This document shows positions 52,581-64,000 of a DNA stretch of 64,000 nucleotides, one piece after another. Every line of letters starts with the position of its first letter. Within the stretch, counting starts at the first letter, position 1. A program made the position numbers and the translations under genes. The notes under the pieces were generated by a model. That model ran no database searches, was not told the DNA's origin, and saw nothing but the letters and a program-made list of their open reading frames with translations. The stretch covers positions 66,278,001 to 66,342,000 of the forward strand of contig OZ024744.1 of NCBI GenBank assembly GCA_964016885.1, given 5' to 3'. This stretch comes from Eledone cirrhosa (Eukaryota).

Positions 52581-52891
52581 ATATATATATATTTAATATA
52601 GAAATATTTATACTCTGCTATGTATTGAGTACCTTACTTACTACGGTTACCCCCTATTGAACCCAGGATACAGACACACACACATATATATGTATATACA
52701 TGCACATATATATATACACGCATATATATATATAGTGAAAGAGTGAAGAATAACATGGTCACCAGTACACAAAGGGTTTTATTTACAGTATTAACGCTGT
52801 ATGCTAAAACTATCCACAATAAGGAGTATTCACAACCTCTAACTGGATTACCTACCTATAACGATAACTTGTTATCCCTTATATATATATA

Positions 52892-53233
52892 TCATCATCA
52901 TCATCATCATTTTACGTCCGCTTTTCCCTGCTTGCAGGGGTGGGACGGGAACTGATTCTGGCTTGATTTCTACAGCTGGATGCCCTTCCTAACACCAACC
53001 TCATTTACAGTGAGTGCTGGGTGCTTTTTTGCCATGGCACCTCCACGACCACTTTGCAGTGGAATGATAGGGACCCCAGTCCCTATCATCTCATTTCTAC
53101 AGCTGAGTAAACTGGAGCAATGTGAAATAAAGTATCTTGCTCAAGGAAACAACACATCACCCGGTCTGAGAATTGAACTCACAACCTTTCGATTGCAAGG
53201 CCAATGCTCTAACCACTAAGCCATGTGCCTCCA
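52892..53233 (-). mobile_element. Full-length CORE-like tRNA-SINE
   Basis: A-box TGGCTTAGTGG, B-box GAGTTCAATTC, CCTTGAGCAAGATACTT block and RTE tail. Confidence 0.88.
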
Positions 53234-53324
53234 TGCATATATATAGATCGGTGGCAGCCTAAAATAATGAATTGGGTGTTTAACAATTCAACAACATTAG
53301 GACGTGCATCTACATATGAGAACT

Positions 53325-53414
53325 CATATCTGAGGAGCTTTTGATTCCAGAGTCAGGAACAAACATTATTCAATAATTCCTCAAGCTAATCGACAGTGAA
53401 ACACATGTAATATG
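53325..53414 (+). ncRNA. Candidate type-I hammerhead
   Basis: CATAT-CTGAGGA(53330-53336)-stem II GCTT..TGA/TCAAGC-GAAA-CACATG-TA-ATATG. Predicted cut after A53409. Confidence 0.55.
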
Positions 53415-53868
53415 TAATTAAATATGTATATGATGCAATACTGATTCTTTGTTGCAATACTGATTCTTTGTTGCCTTATTTATTATTGAATTTATTTTGC
53501 TATGTTTATACATAGCTTATTTTATATTTTCATTATTAAATTGGTTTAGCTAATGTGTACCTGTACTCGAGCTTATTGTAAACTCCCCACTGTCCATGTC
53601 TTTGTATTGTCCCCTACATGATGGCCCTTGTGGCCAACAAATGAAATCATTATTATACACACACACAAACATATATATATATTTATTAAAATAACAGATT
53701 AAAGTTTAAGCAAATAATTGCCACTACCTGGAATACCATAACTGGACTATACCTAAGTGGACTGCATTTAACTATTATTTGTTACCCCGTATATATATAT
53801 ATATATATATTATTTTATTACATGTTATCCATGTGCAACCTGCAGTATTCTTCTCCCCATTTTTTCAC

Positions 53869-54202
<334 letters not shown>

Positions 54203-54205
<3 letters not shown>

Positions 54206-54552
54206 GAGGTACATGGCTTAATGGTTAGACCATTGGCATTGCAATCGAATGGTCGTGAGTTCAATTCTCAGACCGGGTTATGTGTTGTTTCCTTGAGCAA
54301 GAAACTTTATTTCACATTGCTCCAGTTTACTCAGCTGTAGAAATGAGATGATAGGGACTTGAGTCACTATCATTCCACTGCAAAGTGGTCGTGGAGGTGC
54401 CACGGCAAAAACGCACCCACCACTCACTGTAAATGAGGTTGGTGTTAGGAAGGGCATCCAGCTGTAGAAATCAAGCCAGAATCAGTTCCTGTCCCACCCT
54501 TGCAAGCAGGGAAAAAGTGGACGTAAAATGAAATGATGATGATGAATGATGA
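54203..54552 (+). mobile_element. Full-length CORE-like tRNA-SINE
   Basis: A-box TGGCTTAATGG (54214-54224), B-box GAGTTCAATTC, CORE-like block and RTE tail. Confidence 0.88.
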
Positions 54553-54706
54553 TATATACATATGATTAAAAGTTTAACAAGGTTCAATGAATTCATCAAT
54601 GAATAAAGTTTCACAATAGATTATAAGCACTCTACAGTAAGGTTTTCTGGAGTTATTAATATTACTTCAAAATATTAATAAATATAGACGTTCATGTGAT
54701 CAAATA

Positions 54707-54772
54707 TATTTTATTATACATATTTCAGAGGTACTGAGCTATTTCAACAGTACGTCCTCATCAGATAAAATA
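54707..54772 (-). ncRNA. Type-I minimal hammerhead ribozyme
   Basis: TATTTTAT-CTGATGA-GGAcGTACTG..CAGTACcTCT-GAAA-TATGTA-TA-ATAAAATA. Confidence 0.8.
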
Positions 54773-55188
54773 AGTTGATGCTTGACATACCTTGACTATG
54801 TTGATGGTTAAACACACCCCCGTCCCACCACCTCCACCCCATCCACACCGCCCCTTTCAATGTAAAGTTATGTTGGTCCCACAACATCCAGGCCGAAACA
54901 AATGAGATCGTGTAGGTGTCACGACAAAAAAACACACAGTCCACTCTGTAAATGTGGCCGTGTAGGCAACACGGTAAAAACCTCCCAGCCCCACACTGTA
55001 AATGTGGTTGGTGTTAGGAAGGGCATCCAACTGTAGAAAACCCGCCAGACAGTCCTATGCGAGCAAGACAACCACTCTTGCCTCAAGTGGGAAAACCCCC
55101 GTCCAAACCCATGCAAGCGTGGAACACGGACGCTAAACCTGATGATGATGATGATGATGATGATGTCAAGGTATGTCAAGCATCAACT

Positions 55189-55254
55189 TATTTTATCTGA
55201 TGAGGATGTACTGTTGAAATAGCTTAGTATCTCTGAAATATGTATAATAAAATA
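55189..55254 (+). ncRNA. Type-I minimal hammerhead ribozyme (mirror arm)
   Basis: CTGATGA at 55197-55203 and GAAA at 55235-55238. Predicted cut after A55246. Stem II is kept by G-U wobbles. Confidence 0.75.
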
Positions 55255-55298
55255 TATTTGATCACATGAACGTCTATATTTATTAATAATTTGCAGTA

Positions 55299-55332
<34 letters not shown>

Positions 55333-55334
55333 GT

Positions 55335-56951
55335 ATCATCATCATCATCATCATCATCAGGTTTAGCGTCCGTGTTCCACGCTTGCATGGGTTTGGACGG
55401 GGGTTTTCCCACTTGAGGCAAGAGTGGTTGTCTTGCTCGCATAGGACTGTCTGGCGGGTTTTCTACAGTTGGATGCCCTTCCTAACACCAACCACATTTA
55501 CAGTGTGGGGCTGGGAGGTTTTTACCGTGTTGCCTACACGGCCACATTACAGCGTGGACTGTCTGGCGGGTTTTCTACAGCTGGATGCCTTTCCTAACAC
55601 CAACCACATTTACAGTGTGGGGCTGGGAGGTTTTTACCGTGTTGCCTACACGGCCACATTTACAGCGTGGACTGTGTGTTTTTTGTCGTGACACCTACAC
55701 GATCTCATTTGTTTCGGCCTGGATGTTGTGGGACCAACATAACTTTACATTGAAAGGGGCGGTGTGGGTGGGGTGGAGGTGGTGGGACGGGGGTGTGTTT
55801 TGATAGAGATGCCTACTGACTGTAGTAGGTTTTTACTTTGTATTTAGGTAAGGCGGGTCTTCTCTATTACTGAGTACCGCCAAAGGTCTCGGTCCAGTGA
55901 CATTGTCTTGGAGAGGTGTAAGCGTGTGAGGTCGGAATTTATCAGCTCGTCCCATGTTTTTCTGGGTCTGCCTACTCCGTGGCTACCGTCTATCTTTATT
56001 GCCCTGCACTTTGTTATACAGCTGTCGTCTTTCATGCGCATCACGTGACCGTACCAACGTAGCCTTCTCTCGAGTAAACAACATCTGATCCCTCTTATTT
56101 CTAATTTTTTCCTTAGTTCGTTTATGCTTTGCCGTTCACGTATATTACTATTGCACATCCAGCGGAGCATGCAAGCTTCGTTCCTCTCTAGTCTGCGTAT
56201 ATCCTCTGCACACAATGCCCAGGTCTCACTGCCATGCAGCATTGCTGTTCGTATGCAGGCATTGTATAACCTGCCTTTCATTTTTAGGGAGAACCCTCTA
56301 GCGGCTAATAGTGGTATAAGCTCTCTGAACTTTTTCCATCCAGTTCTGACTCTAGCTACTGTACTTTCAGAGCACCCTCCCCCACTGCTGATTTTGTCAC
56401 CCAGATAACGGAAGCTGTCCACTATTTCTATAGAACCCTCTGCGCAGTTGAAGGAGCAAGTATTTTGTGGGCACTTGCTGCTACTTATTGCACCAGAGCA
56501 CCGGCCACATGTAAAATCTGTTCTTAGTTAGCTTACCTGTGATCCCACTACATCTTTTATGCACCCATACTTTGCATTTGGGACATAAAATGGAGTTTCT
56601 ACCTACGCCTTTCCTACACACTGAGCATGGCCATTTCCCAGATGGGACCGCCGCCTTATTTTCTTTCCTACAAACTAGAACTTTAGTCTTAGCCAGGTTA
56701 ATTTTAAGGCCTTTTGATTCTAGGCCGTGCTTCCATGTTTGGAATTTCTTCTCTAGTTCGGTCATTGATTCAGCTATGAGCGTTAGATCATCTGCGTATA
56801 GGAGTTCCCATGGGCAGCCGGTCTTGAACTCCTCTGTTATAGCCTGAAGGGCAATAATAAATAGTAGGGGGCTAAGAACAGAGCCCTGATGGACACCAAC
56901 TTTTACGCTAAACTCTTCACTATATTCGTTGTTAATTCTAACCTTGCTGAC
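55335..56951 (-). mobile_element. RTE LINE, 5'-truncated at (TA)n, with a long 3' UTR (55335-55843)
   Basis: [14 protein letters not shown], Cys-rich insert, RRLRWYGHV, GRPRKTW and a (TGA)n tail. Confidence 0.92.
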
Positions 56952-56962
56952 TATATATATAT

Positions 56963-57005
<43 letters not shown>

Positions 57006-57020
57006 GTGTGTGCATGTGTG

Positions 57021-57051
<31 letters not shown>

Positions 57052-57140
57052 ATAAATATATATGTGTGTGTGTATATATATAAATATATGTGTGTGTGTG
57101 TATATACATATATGTGTGTGTGTATATGTATATATATATA

Positions 57141-57201
<61 letters not shown>

Positions 57202-57661
57202 TGAATATTCACAGCTAGTAAATGTTGAGTGAAAAGTGACAAACAGTAGAATTTAAGTGGATAGCCAAAACTGAGGAATGTGTCTTTGATGATTCACTGG
57301 AATCTATTAATAAATTCTCTTGCTTAGATGTTCCAGAAGGAGCATCTGGTCACTAGTGTGTTTAGGCAATGTGATATGGGTGAAAGTGATTTAAAGAAGA
57401 AATTTCTTTGCTGGAGACCAAGCCAGGATGGGGGGGAGGAGGGGGGTCTGTAAAAATTATAACACCTGTAAGAATTCTACAGTCTGTCTGTATGATGAAT
57501 GATGTGTGTCAGGGAGAGTAGGGGGAAGGGGTGGTTGGTTGGGAGGAAGCAGATGGTTGGGGGGGGGGGCAGATGGTAGGTAGGGGGTGAGAGGAGAAAT
57601 CTGTCGTGACTGAAGAGATTGTATCTGTGATATGACTGTTGTATAACAGTGGAGAGAAAGA

Positions 57662-57704
<43 letters not shown>

Positions 57705-58079
57705 AATAGAAGGAGGGAGAGAAAGAGACGGAGTGAGTGAAAGGGAAGTAAGGAGAGAAAGAGAAAGAGAGAGAGAGAGTGGGAGGGAGAGAGAGAGTGG
57801 GAGGGAGAGGGAATGAGAGAGAGATGGGGGGGGAAAGGAGGAGGAAGAGGCAGAGAGAGAGAAGACCTGTAGTTAATGGTGAGACTATAAGGTGCATGTG
57901 TAAGTGGTGCAAGGTTGTATGACAGTGAAGGTAGAGGAACTGTAAATACTGTAAAATGTAATGTGCTAGTATGATGATGTACGCAGAACTGGCGAATTAA
58001 TAATAATAATGAAAATGATTATGTACAGTGCTCAGGTGCACTACAACTCATCAAAGGTGCATGTATAGTTCGGAGAATA

Positions 58080-58832
58080 ATGTTCCTACTTTTGGCACAA
58101 GGCCAGCAATTACCCCGAATGCATTACTGGTACTTTATTTTATCGACCCCCGTAAGGATGAAATGCAAAGTTAACCTCAGAGGGATTTGAACTCAGAACA
58201 TAAAGGGCCATAACTCTATGCTGGAAAGTATGGTGTCTGACGCTCTACCGATACTGCCAATTCACTGCCCTTTCACTGGATTAAAAATAATAATGAAAAC
58301 TATTGTGTACATTACTCAGGTGCTCAACAACTCATCAAAGGCGCATGTATAGGTCAACTGTGTCACTGTATTGGTGACATAATTTGTACTTGATGTTAAA
58401 ATATACTTAGACTTGACAAGGACTAAATACTCAGAAATAATTGCTTCTACTTTAGGCACAAGGCCAGTAATTACCCAGTGCATTACTGGTACTTTATTTT
58501 ATCGACCCCGTAAGGATGAAAGGCAAAGTTAACCTCAGCGGGATTTGAACTCAGAATGGCAAGGGCCGTAACTCTATGCGTCAAAGCATAGCGTCCGACC
58601 CTCCACCGCCCTTTATAAATACTCAGAAATAATGTGGTCAACTGTGTCTACTTTTGACACAAGGCCAGCAATTATCCCAGTGCATTACTGGTACTTTATT
58701 TTATCGACCCAGTAAGTATGAAAGTCAAAGTTAACCACGGAGGATTTGAACACAGAACGTAAAGTGTTGTAACTCCATGCTGCTAAGAATGGTGTCTGAC
58801 GCTCTACCGGTACTGCCAATTCACCGCCCTAG
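58080..58832 (-). mobile_element. Three Nin/Deu-like SINE copies interleaved with CR1/L2-like tail pieces
   Basis: Reverse-complement A-box, B-box and core. Confidence 0.85.
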
Positions 58833-58834
58833 TA

Positions 58835-59050
58835 CATAGAATAATGTACAAATGTCAGGAAAGTGAACAGTGTATGAGTCATGATATACTCACAGATACA
58901 TGTGGAGGGGGAATATCAGGTGTGGTGTTGGTGAATTTTGGAAAGCATGAAGGTTATGAAGGATGCAGTGTCCTGACAGATAACAAGTGATGCAGGTAGT
59001 TTGTTCCATGCTTCAGCAACTCTGGGCATGAACAAATGTTTCTGAAAGTC
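58835..59050 (-). mobile_element. CR1/L2-like LINE 3' fragment
   Basis: KHLF..RVAEAWNKLPASLV, typical of CR1-group ORF2 C-termini. Related tail sequence at about 17750-17870. Confidence 0.55.
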
Positions 59051-59983
59051 ATAGGAAACCCTTAGTCCTTTTGAGGACTTAAGCACTTAAAAGATTGTGG
59101 TGCAGCCCCACCCCATCCCTACCATATATAAAATTTGGAATGGCAAATATATTCTATTTAAATAATACCCTACTAAGCATGTGATGTTAAACGGTGATTC
59201 TTTATTGATATTTATAATAGTAGAAACAATTTAATAGAAAAAGAAAAAAAATAGATTGAGAAGTAAGAATGGAATGTAAAATAAGGAAATATATAAACAG
59301 AAAAGGAAGAGAAAGGCAAGGTCTCTAGTGTCTCAGAAGTATGGGGAAAGGGAGGGAGATTGGGCTCTGGGCCAAGGGTGCGGCGGTGGTATTTGGACTG
59401 CACCCCACGGACATGACTGCAAAAATATTCCTTTGCTTAATGGTTAATCCTGCCTTGGTTATACAAACAGTGACATTAGAAAGTCTGCAATGACTAGAGT
59501 AGAGGTCCCAAACTGAAGTACTAAAAGGGGCCAATAAATCCTGGAAGAGAAGCACAACAGGTCAAAAATGAGACGAGGTGGGGAGGGGATGGTTGGGGGC
59601 GTTATTTCCACCAGTTATAATGCTAAGCTGCAATACAGCTGATAGGCTGCTATTTGTTATGTTTGTTTATCAAAATGAATATAAATATGATAAGTGAAAC
59701 ATGTGAATTAGTAGAAAGTGTAGAGGTGAGGTCAAATTTTCCTTAATTAGTTACAAAAAAATTGTTCTGCCACGGGCCATAGTAAAGTACTTTGCATGCT
59801 GCATGTGGCCCATGGGCAGTGGGTGTCACCGCTGTACAATAAATACTGTTTTGTATGATGTGCCAATGGTATATGTCTGTAGTCACTGAAGAAACTATAT
59901 CATGTGTATGTAACCATCTAATTTTCTGAAAGAAATTCTATAGCTTAGATGAAAGCTAAAGACATTTTGAACATGATGTTCTG

Positions 59984-60324
59984 ATGCTGGCAAATTTTTC
60001 CCAGTGAAAAATAGTTTAATTAGGAATAAGTATAAATTAGTAATAAGTATTGGTTAGTATTCAGTTTTGGTTTTAAGTTTTTACCGGTTGCGCATTTCTA
60101 ATGCTTTTCAAAAATAATTTTGAGATAGAGCGCTCGTGATGTTTGCTCTAATCAGATTAGAGCAAACATCACGAGCGCTCTATCTCAAAATTATTTTTGA
60201 AAAGCATTAGAAATGCGCAACCGGTAAAAACTTAGAACCAAAACTGAATACTAACCAATACTTATTACTAATTTATACTTATTCCTAATTAAACTATTTT
60301 TCACTGGGAAAAATTTGTCAGCAT
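59984..60324. repeat. Palindrome with 170-bp arms and a 1-nt loop (A60154)
   Basis: CTAATC-A-GATTAG centre; only two arm mismatches seen. Confidence 0.95.
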
Positions 60325-60586
60325 TTTCTTTTCCTTTTACTAATATATCACAACTCATGTGTTACACCTCTATTTTTTTAAATATATATATATATAACTG
60401 CTCTGTAGAACAACTGATGTTATTACATTGAGTTATTTATCGAAACTGGTAATAAGGTAGCAATAAATTACTGACCTTCACTGTTTAGGGTTTAAAATAT
60501 ATATAACTATAAAAAGTTTTAGTATATACATAACCATAAATAGTATCCTTAATATTATATATATATATATCTTTATTTTAAAATTC

Positions 60587-60686
60587 AATTACATAATAAA
60601 CAACACAATATAATTATATCCATTACCTAAGGTTTCAGGAAACTGGGTAATGGATATAATTATATTGTATTGTTTATTATGTAATT
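60587..60686. repeat. Palindrome with arms of about 50 bp
   Basis: AATTACATAATAAACAA...GTTTC-AG-GAAAC...TTGTTTATTATGTAATT. Confidence 0.9.
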
Positions 60687-60778
60687 AAATAGTTCTGTAC
60701 TATACATAGAGCAGTCTTCTTTCCTTTACCTTTTCTATGGAAATACTTAACACACACACACACATATATATATATATA

Positions 60779-60990
60779 CAGAGTGTCCCTCAAAAATGTA
60801 TACACTCTTCAACAGCATTCTAATAAAAGTGTGTATACATTTTTTAAGACACCCTGTATATATAAACCATGTTCAACTAGTATATGCATGTATTGAACAT
60901 GGTTTATATATACAGGGTGTCTTAAAAAATGTATACACACTTTTATTAGATTGCTGTTGAAGAGTGTATACATTTTTGAGGGACACTATA
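60779..60990. mobile_element. Inverted pair of Tc1/mariner-type mini-MITEs (60779-60856 and 60913-60990)
   Basis: CAG(G/A)GTGTC..AAAAATGTATACAC TIRs with TA flanks. The inner flank TATATAAACCATGTTCAA is also mirrored. Confidence 0.8.
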
Positions 60991-61022
60991 TATATATACA
61001 CACATGAATATATATATATATA

Positions 61023-61068
<46 letters not shown>

Positions 61069-61169
61069 TGTGTATATATTTACCCAGTAATTCTTTTGTT
61101 GCAGCCATATTAGCAGAATTTGTCGAGAAATACACGGAAACAATTAATAGAAGCTTTGATGGAGGAAAT

Positions 61170-61990
61170 GGTGGTAGCGGTGGTGATGGTAGTGGTGGTG
61201 GTGGAGGTAGTGGATGTGGTGGTGGTGGTGCTGCTGGTGGTAGTGGTGGTTGTGGTGGTCGTGGTGGTGGTAGTGGTGGTTGGGGTAGTGGTGGTGGTGA
61301 TGGTGGTGGTGGTAGTGGTAGTGGTAGTGGTGGTGGTAGTGGTGGTGATGGTGGTAGTAGTGGTGGTGGTGATGGTGGTGTTGGTGGTGATCGTAGTGTT
61401 GGTCGTAGTGGTAGTGGTGGTGGTGGTAGTGGTGGTGGTAGTGTTGGTGTTAGTGGTGGTGGTGGTGGTAGTGGTGGTGGTAGTGGTAGTAGTGCTGGTG
61501 GTGGTGGTGTTAGTGGTGGTGGTAGTGGTGGTGATGATGGTAGTGGTGGTTGTAGTGGTGGTGGTGGTGGTGGTAGTAGTGGTGGTGGTGGTTGTGGTAG
61601 TGGTGGTGGTGGTGGTGGTGATTGTGGTGGTAGTGGTGGTGGTAGTGGCGGTGGTTGTAGTGATGGTGGTAGTGGTGGTGGTAGCTGTGGTGGTGGTGGT
61701 GATAGCTGTGGTAGTGGTGGTGGTAGTTGTGGTGGTGGTGGTGGTGGTGGTGGTAGTGGTGGTGATGGTGGTGGTGGTGGTAGTGGTGGTGGTAGTAGTG
61801 ATGGTAGTGGCAGTGGTGGTTGTAGTGATGGTGGTAGTGGTGGTTTTGGTGGTAGTGGTGGTGGTAGTTGTGGTGGTGATGGTAGTGGTGGTGGTAGTAG
61901 TGATGGTAGTGGCAGTGGTGGTAGTGGTAGTGATTGTATTAGTGGCAGTGGTAGTGGTAGTAGTGGTAATGGTGGTAGTGGTAGTACTGA
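61170..61990. repeat. (GGT/AGT)n degenerate trinucleotide tract
   Basis: Direct reading. Confidence 0.95.
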
Positions 61991-62434
61991 TGGTGGGTAA
62001 TAGTAATAATTGTATTGATGTTAGTGGAAGCAGTGGGGGTGAAAGTAGTGGTGATAGCAGTAGTGATGTTTGTGTCAGTGATGGTGGTGGTGGTGGTGGT
62101 AGTGGTGGTGGTGGTGGTGGGAGACCCAGGACAGGAGTAGATCACAAACAAGATGGTTGGACAATATCTATGAGCTCAGCTGGTCTTGTTTGGAGATCCA
62201 ACTGGATTAATTGGAGAGGGTTGTCTTTGGTAGGACCCTCTGGAAGATAAGGCTGTAGACTCTGCTCTACAACCCTCCCAGGAATAAGTGGGCAAAAACG
62301 GGAATGAGGAGGAAGTGGAGGTGAAGGAGGAGGAGGAGGAGGAGGAGGAGGGGTCGGAGGGGAGAGAAGAAAGAAGATAAAGAAGAAGAAGAAGAAAAAT
62401 AGAAAGAAGAAAAAGAAAGAAAGAAGAAGAGGTG

Positions 62435-62477
<43 letters not shown>

Positions 62478-63419
62478 AGGAGCTTATGCAGCAACATACA
62501 GTGTTAGCTGTAATTCCTTTTGTTGTCTTGTGACTGACTATGAAGGATTAATGCTAGAGCTGTGAAATATTGCATGCATTAATTTCAACTCTTCTTATTA
62601 ATAACTGTGTTGTTTCTTTCAAGAGTCTATGTTGAAAAAAAATAAACCTCATTTGGTTATTCCATGAGAGTATCTTGGTCAGCCTATGACCTTTTTCAAC
62701 TGACCCTCGTGTGATGAGAAAATATGTATGTGTTTATGTCTGGAAGAAATATGTTCATAAAAAATTTTTTTTTCAAAATTGTTGTTTTACAAATATTTAT
62801 TTGTGATCATTTAATGATAAAATATTTTGATCCCCAAAGATAGATTCAAAGAACCAAACAGCAGTTCACTGCATATTGAAAGTAGAGAAAGCGTCAAATA
62901 GTATTTTTTGCATGTGGATTTTGAATGATTTTTATTCCATCATCCAAGATCATTTCAGCTTGATCCTCTACAGCAGCTGTCCCCAACTACTGGGATGTGA
63001 ACCAGTACTTAGTTGTGGACCAATTGGTACTAGGCAGCACAGAAAGAATAAAAACTTCTACAGTGACAGAAACCAAACAACACTACGGAGTAGGCTAGAC
63101 ATAAGGACACACATTTACAGTATAAATGTCATAATTAAATTAATAACAAAATTAATCCAGTTGGATCTCCAAACAAGACCAGCTGGGTTCATGGATATTA
63201 TTCAACCATCTTGCTTGTGATCTACTCCTGGGTCTCCTACCACCACCACCACCACCACCATCACTGACACAAACATCACTACTGCTATCACCACTACTTT
63301 CACCCCCACTGCTTCCACTAACATCAATACAATTATTACTATTACCCACCGTCAGTACTACCACTACCACCATTACCACTACTACCACTGCCACTTTATT
63401 GTTTACTGTGTTTTGTTAT

Positions 63420-63980
63420 ACGAGGTGCCACGGCAAAAAAAGCACCCAGCCCACACTGTAAAGTGGTCGTGGAGGTGCCACGGCAAAAAAAGCACCCAGC
63501 CCACACTGTAAAGTGGGCGCGGAGGTGCCACGGCAAAAAAGCACCCAGCACTCACTGCAAAGTGGTCGTGGAGGCGCCACGGCAAAAAAGCACCCAGCAC
63601 TCACTGTAAAGTGGGCGCGGAGGTGCCACGGCAAAAAAGCACCCAGCCCACACTGTAAAGTGGTCGTGGAGGTGCCACGGCAAAAAAGCACCCAGCCCAC
63701 ACTGTAAAGTGGTCGTGGAGGTGCCACGGCAAAAAAGCACCCAGCCCACACTGTAAAGTGGTCATGGAGGTGCCACGGCAAAAAAGCACCCAGCACTCAC
63801 TGTAAATGAGGTTGGTGTTAGGAAGGGCATCCAGCTGTAGAAATCAAGCCAAATCAGTTCCTGTATGAGCAAGGCATGGTCAGCCGACTGGACACTGCCC
63901 ACAACAGGACAACCCGTCTAACCCATGCTAGCATGAAAGAACGGACGTAAAACGGTGATGATCATGATGATGATGATGAT
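63420..63980 (+). mobile_element. RTE family-B 3' UTR fragment with 8 copies of the 49-50 bp module
   Basis: GTGCCACGGCAAAAAAGCACCCAGCCCACACTGTAAAGTGGTCGTGGAG x8, followed by a tail nearly identical to the reverse complement of 43313-43480. Confidence 0.85.
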
Positions 63981-64000
63981 AACTTACACTGACCCCACCC

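Larger units (their letters stand above)
54560..55290. mobile_element. Fold-back PLE pLTR element with 123-bp inverted arms (54674-54796 / 55165-55287) and an RTE 3' UTR fragment in the loop
   Basis: The arms are reverse complements. The minus-strand extension ACTCCAGAAAACC..GAGTGCT resembles the PLE 3' end at 3087-3110. Confidence 0.8.

Noticed and set aside
57250-59580. Possible old LINE/PLE coding remnants at about 57250-57950 and 59200-59580
   Set aside because: Too decayed to assign motifs by eye.
60412-60460. CTGATGT...GAAACTGGTA as a hammerhead
   Set aside because: Core mismatch and no stem I pairing.
61068-62250. Gly-rich and Val-rich ORFs
   Set aside because: (GGT)n microsatellite artefact.

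Overview
AT-rich, microsatellite-saturated animal DNA. The SINE/LINE repertoire and (TA)n/(CA)n density suggest a coleoid cephalopod such as octopus (inference only). Nearly all long ORFs in the track are microsatellite artefacts or decayed retrotransposons: a Penelope-like element (PLE), several RTE LINEs, R4/Dong-type RLE LINEs, a Tx1-type L1 and two tRNA-derived SINE families. Three small DNA-transposon MITE families are also present. The only convincing host coding sequence is one 465-nt, phase 0-0 exon on the minus strand (30838-31302), resembling the N-terminus of KIF26 kinesins. A promoter-like or microexon-containing island lies at about 37.9 kb. The main hidden signal is a set of at least 9 type-I hammerhead ribozyme (HHR) folds at 6 loci. 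Several sit in fold-back (inverted-duplicated) PLE-end mini-elements embedded in (TA)n. The two HHRs lying in host-sense orientation downstream of the exon both carry the catalytic G8>A change. The window also has many long, near-perfect palindromes, a SINE-derived satellite with higher-order structure, and a chimeric SINE sharing modules with two RTE families. All calls were made by eye; no searches or folding programs were run.
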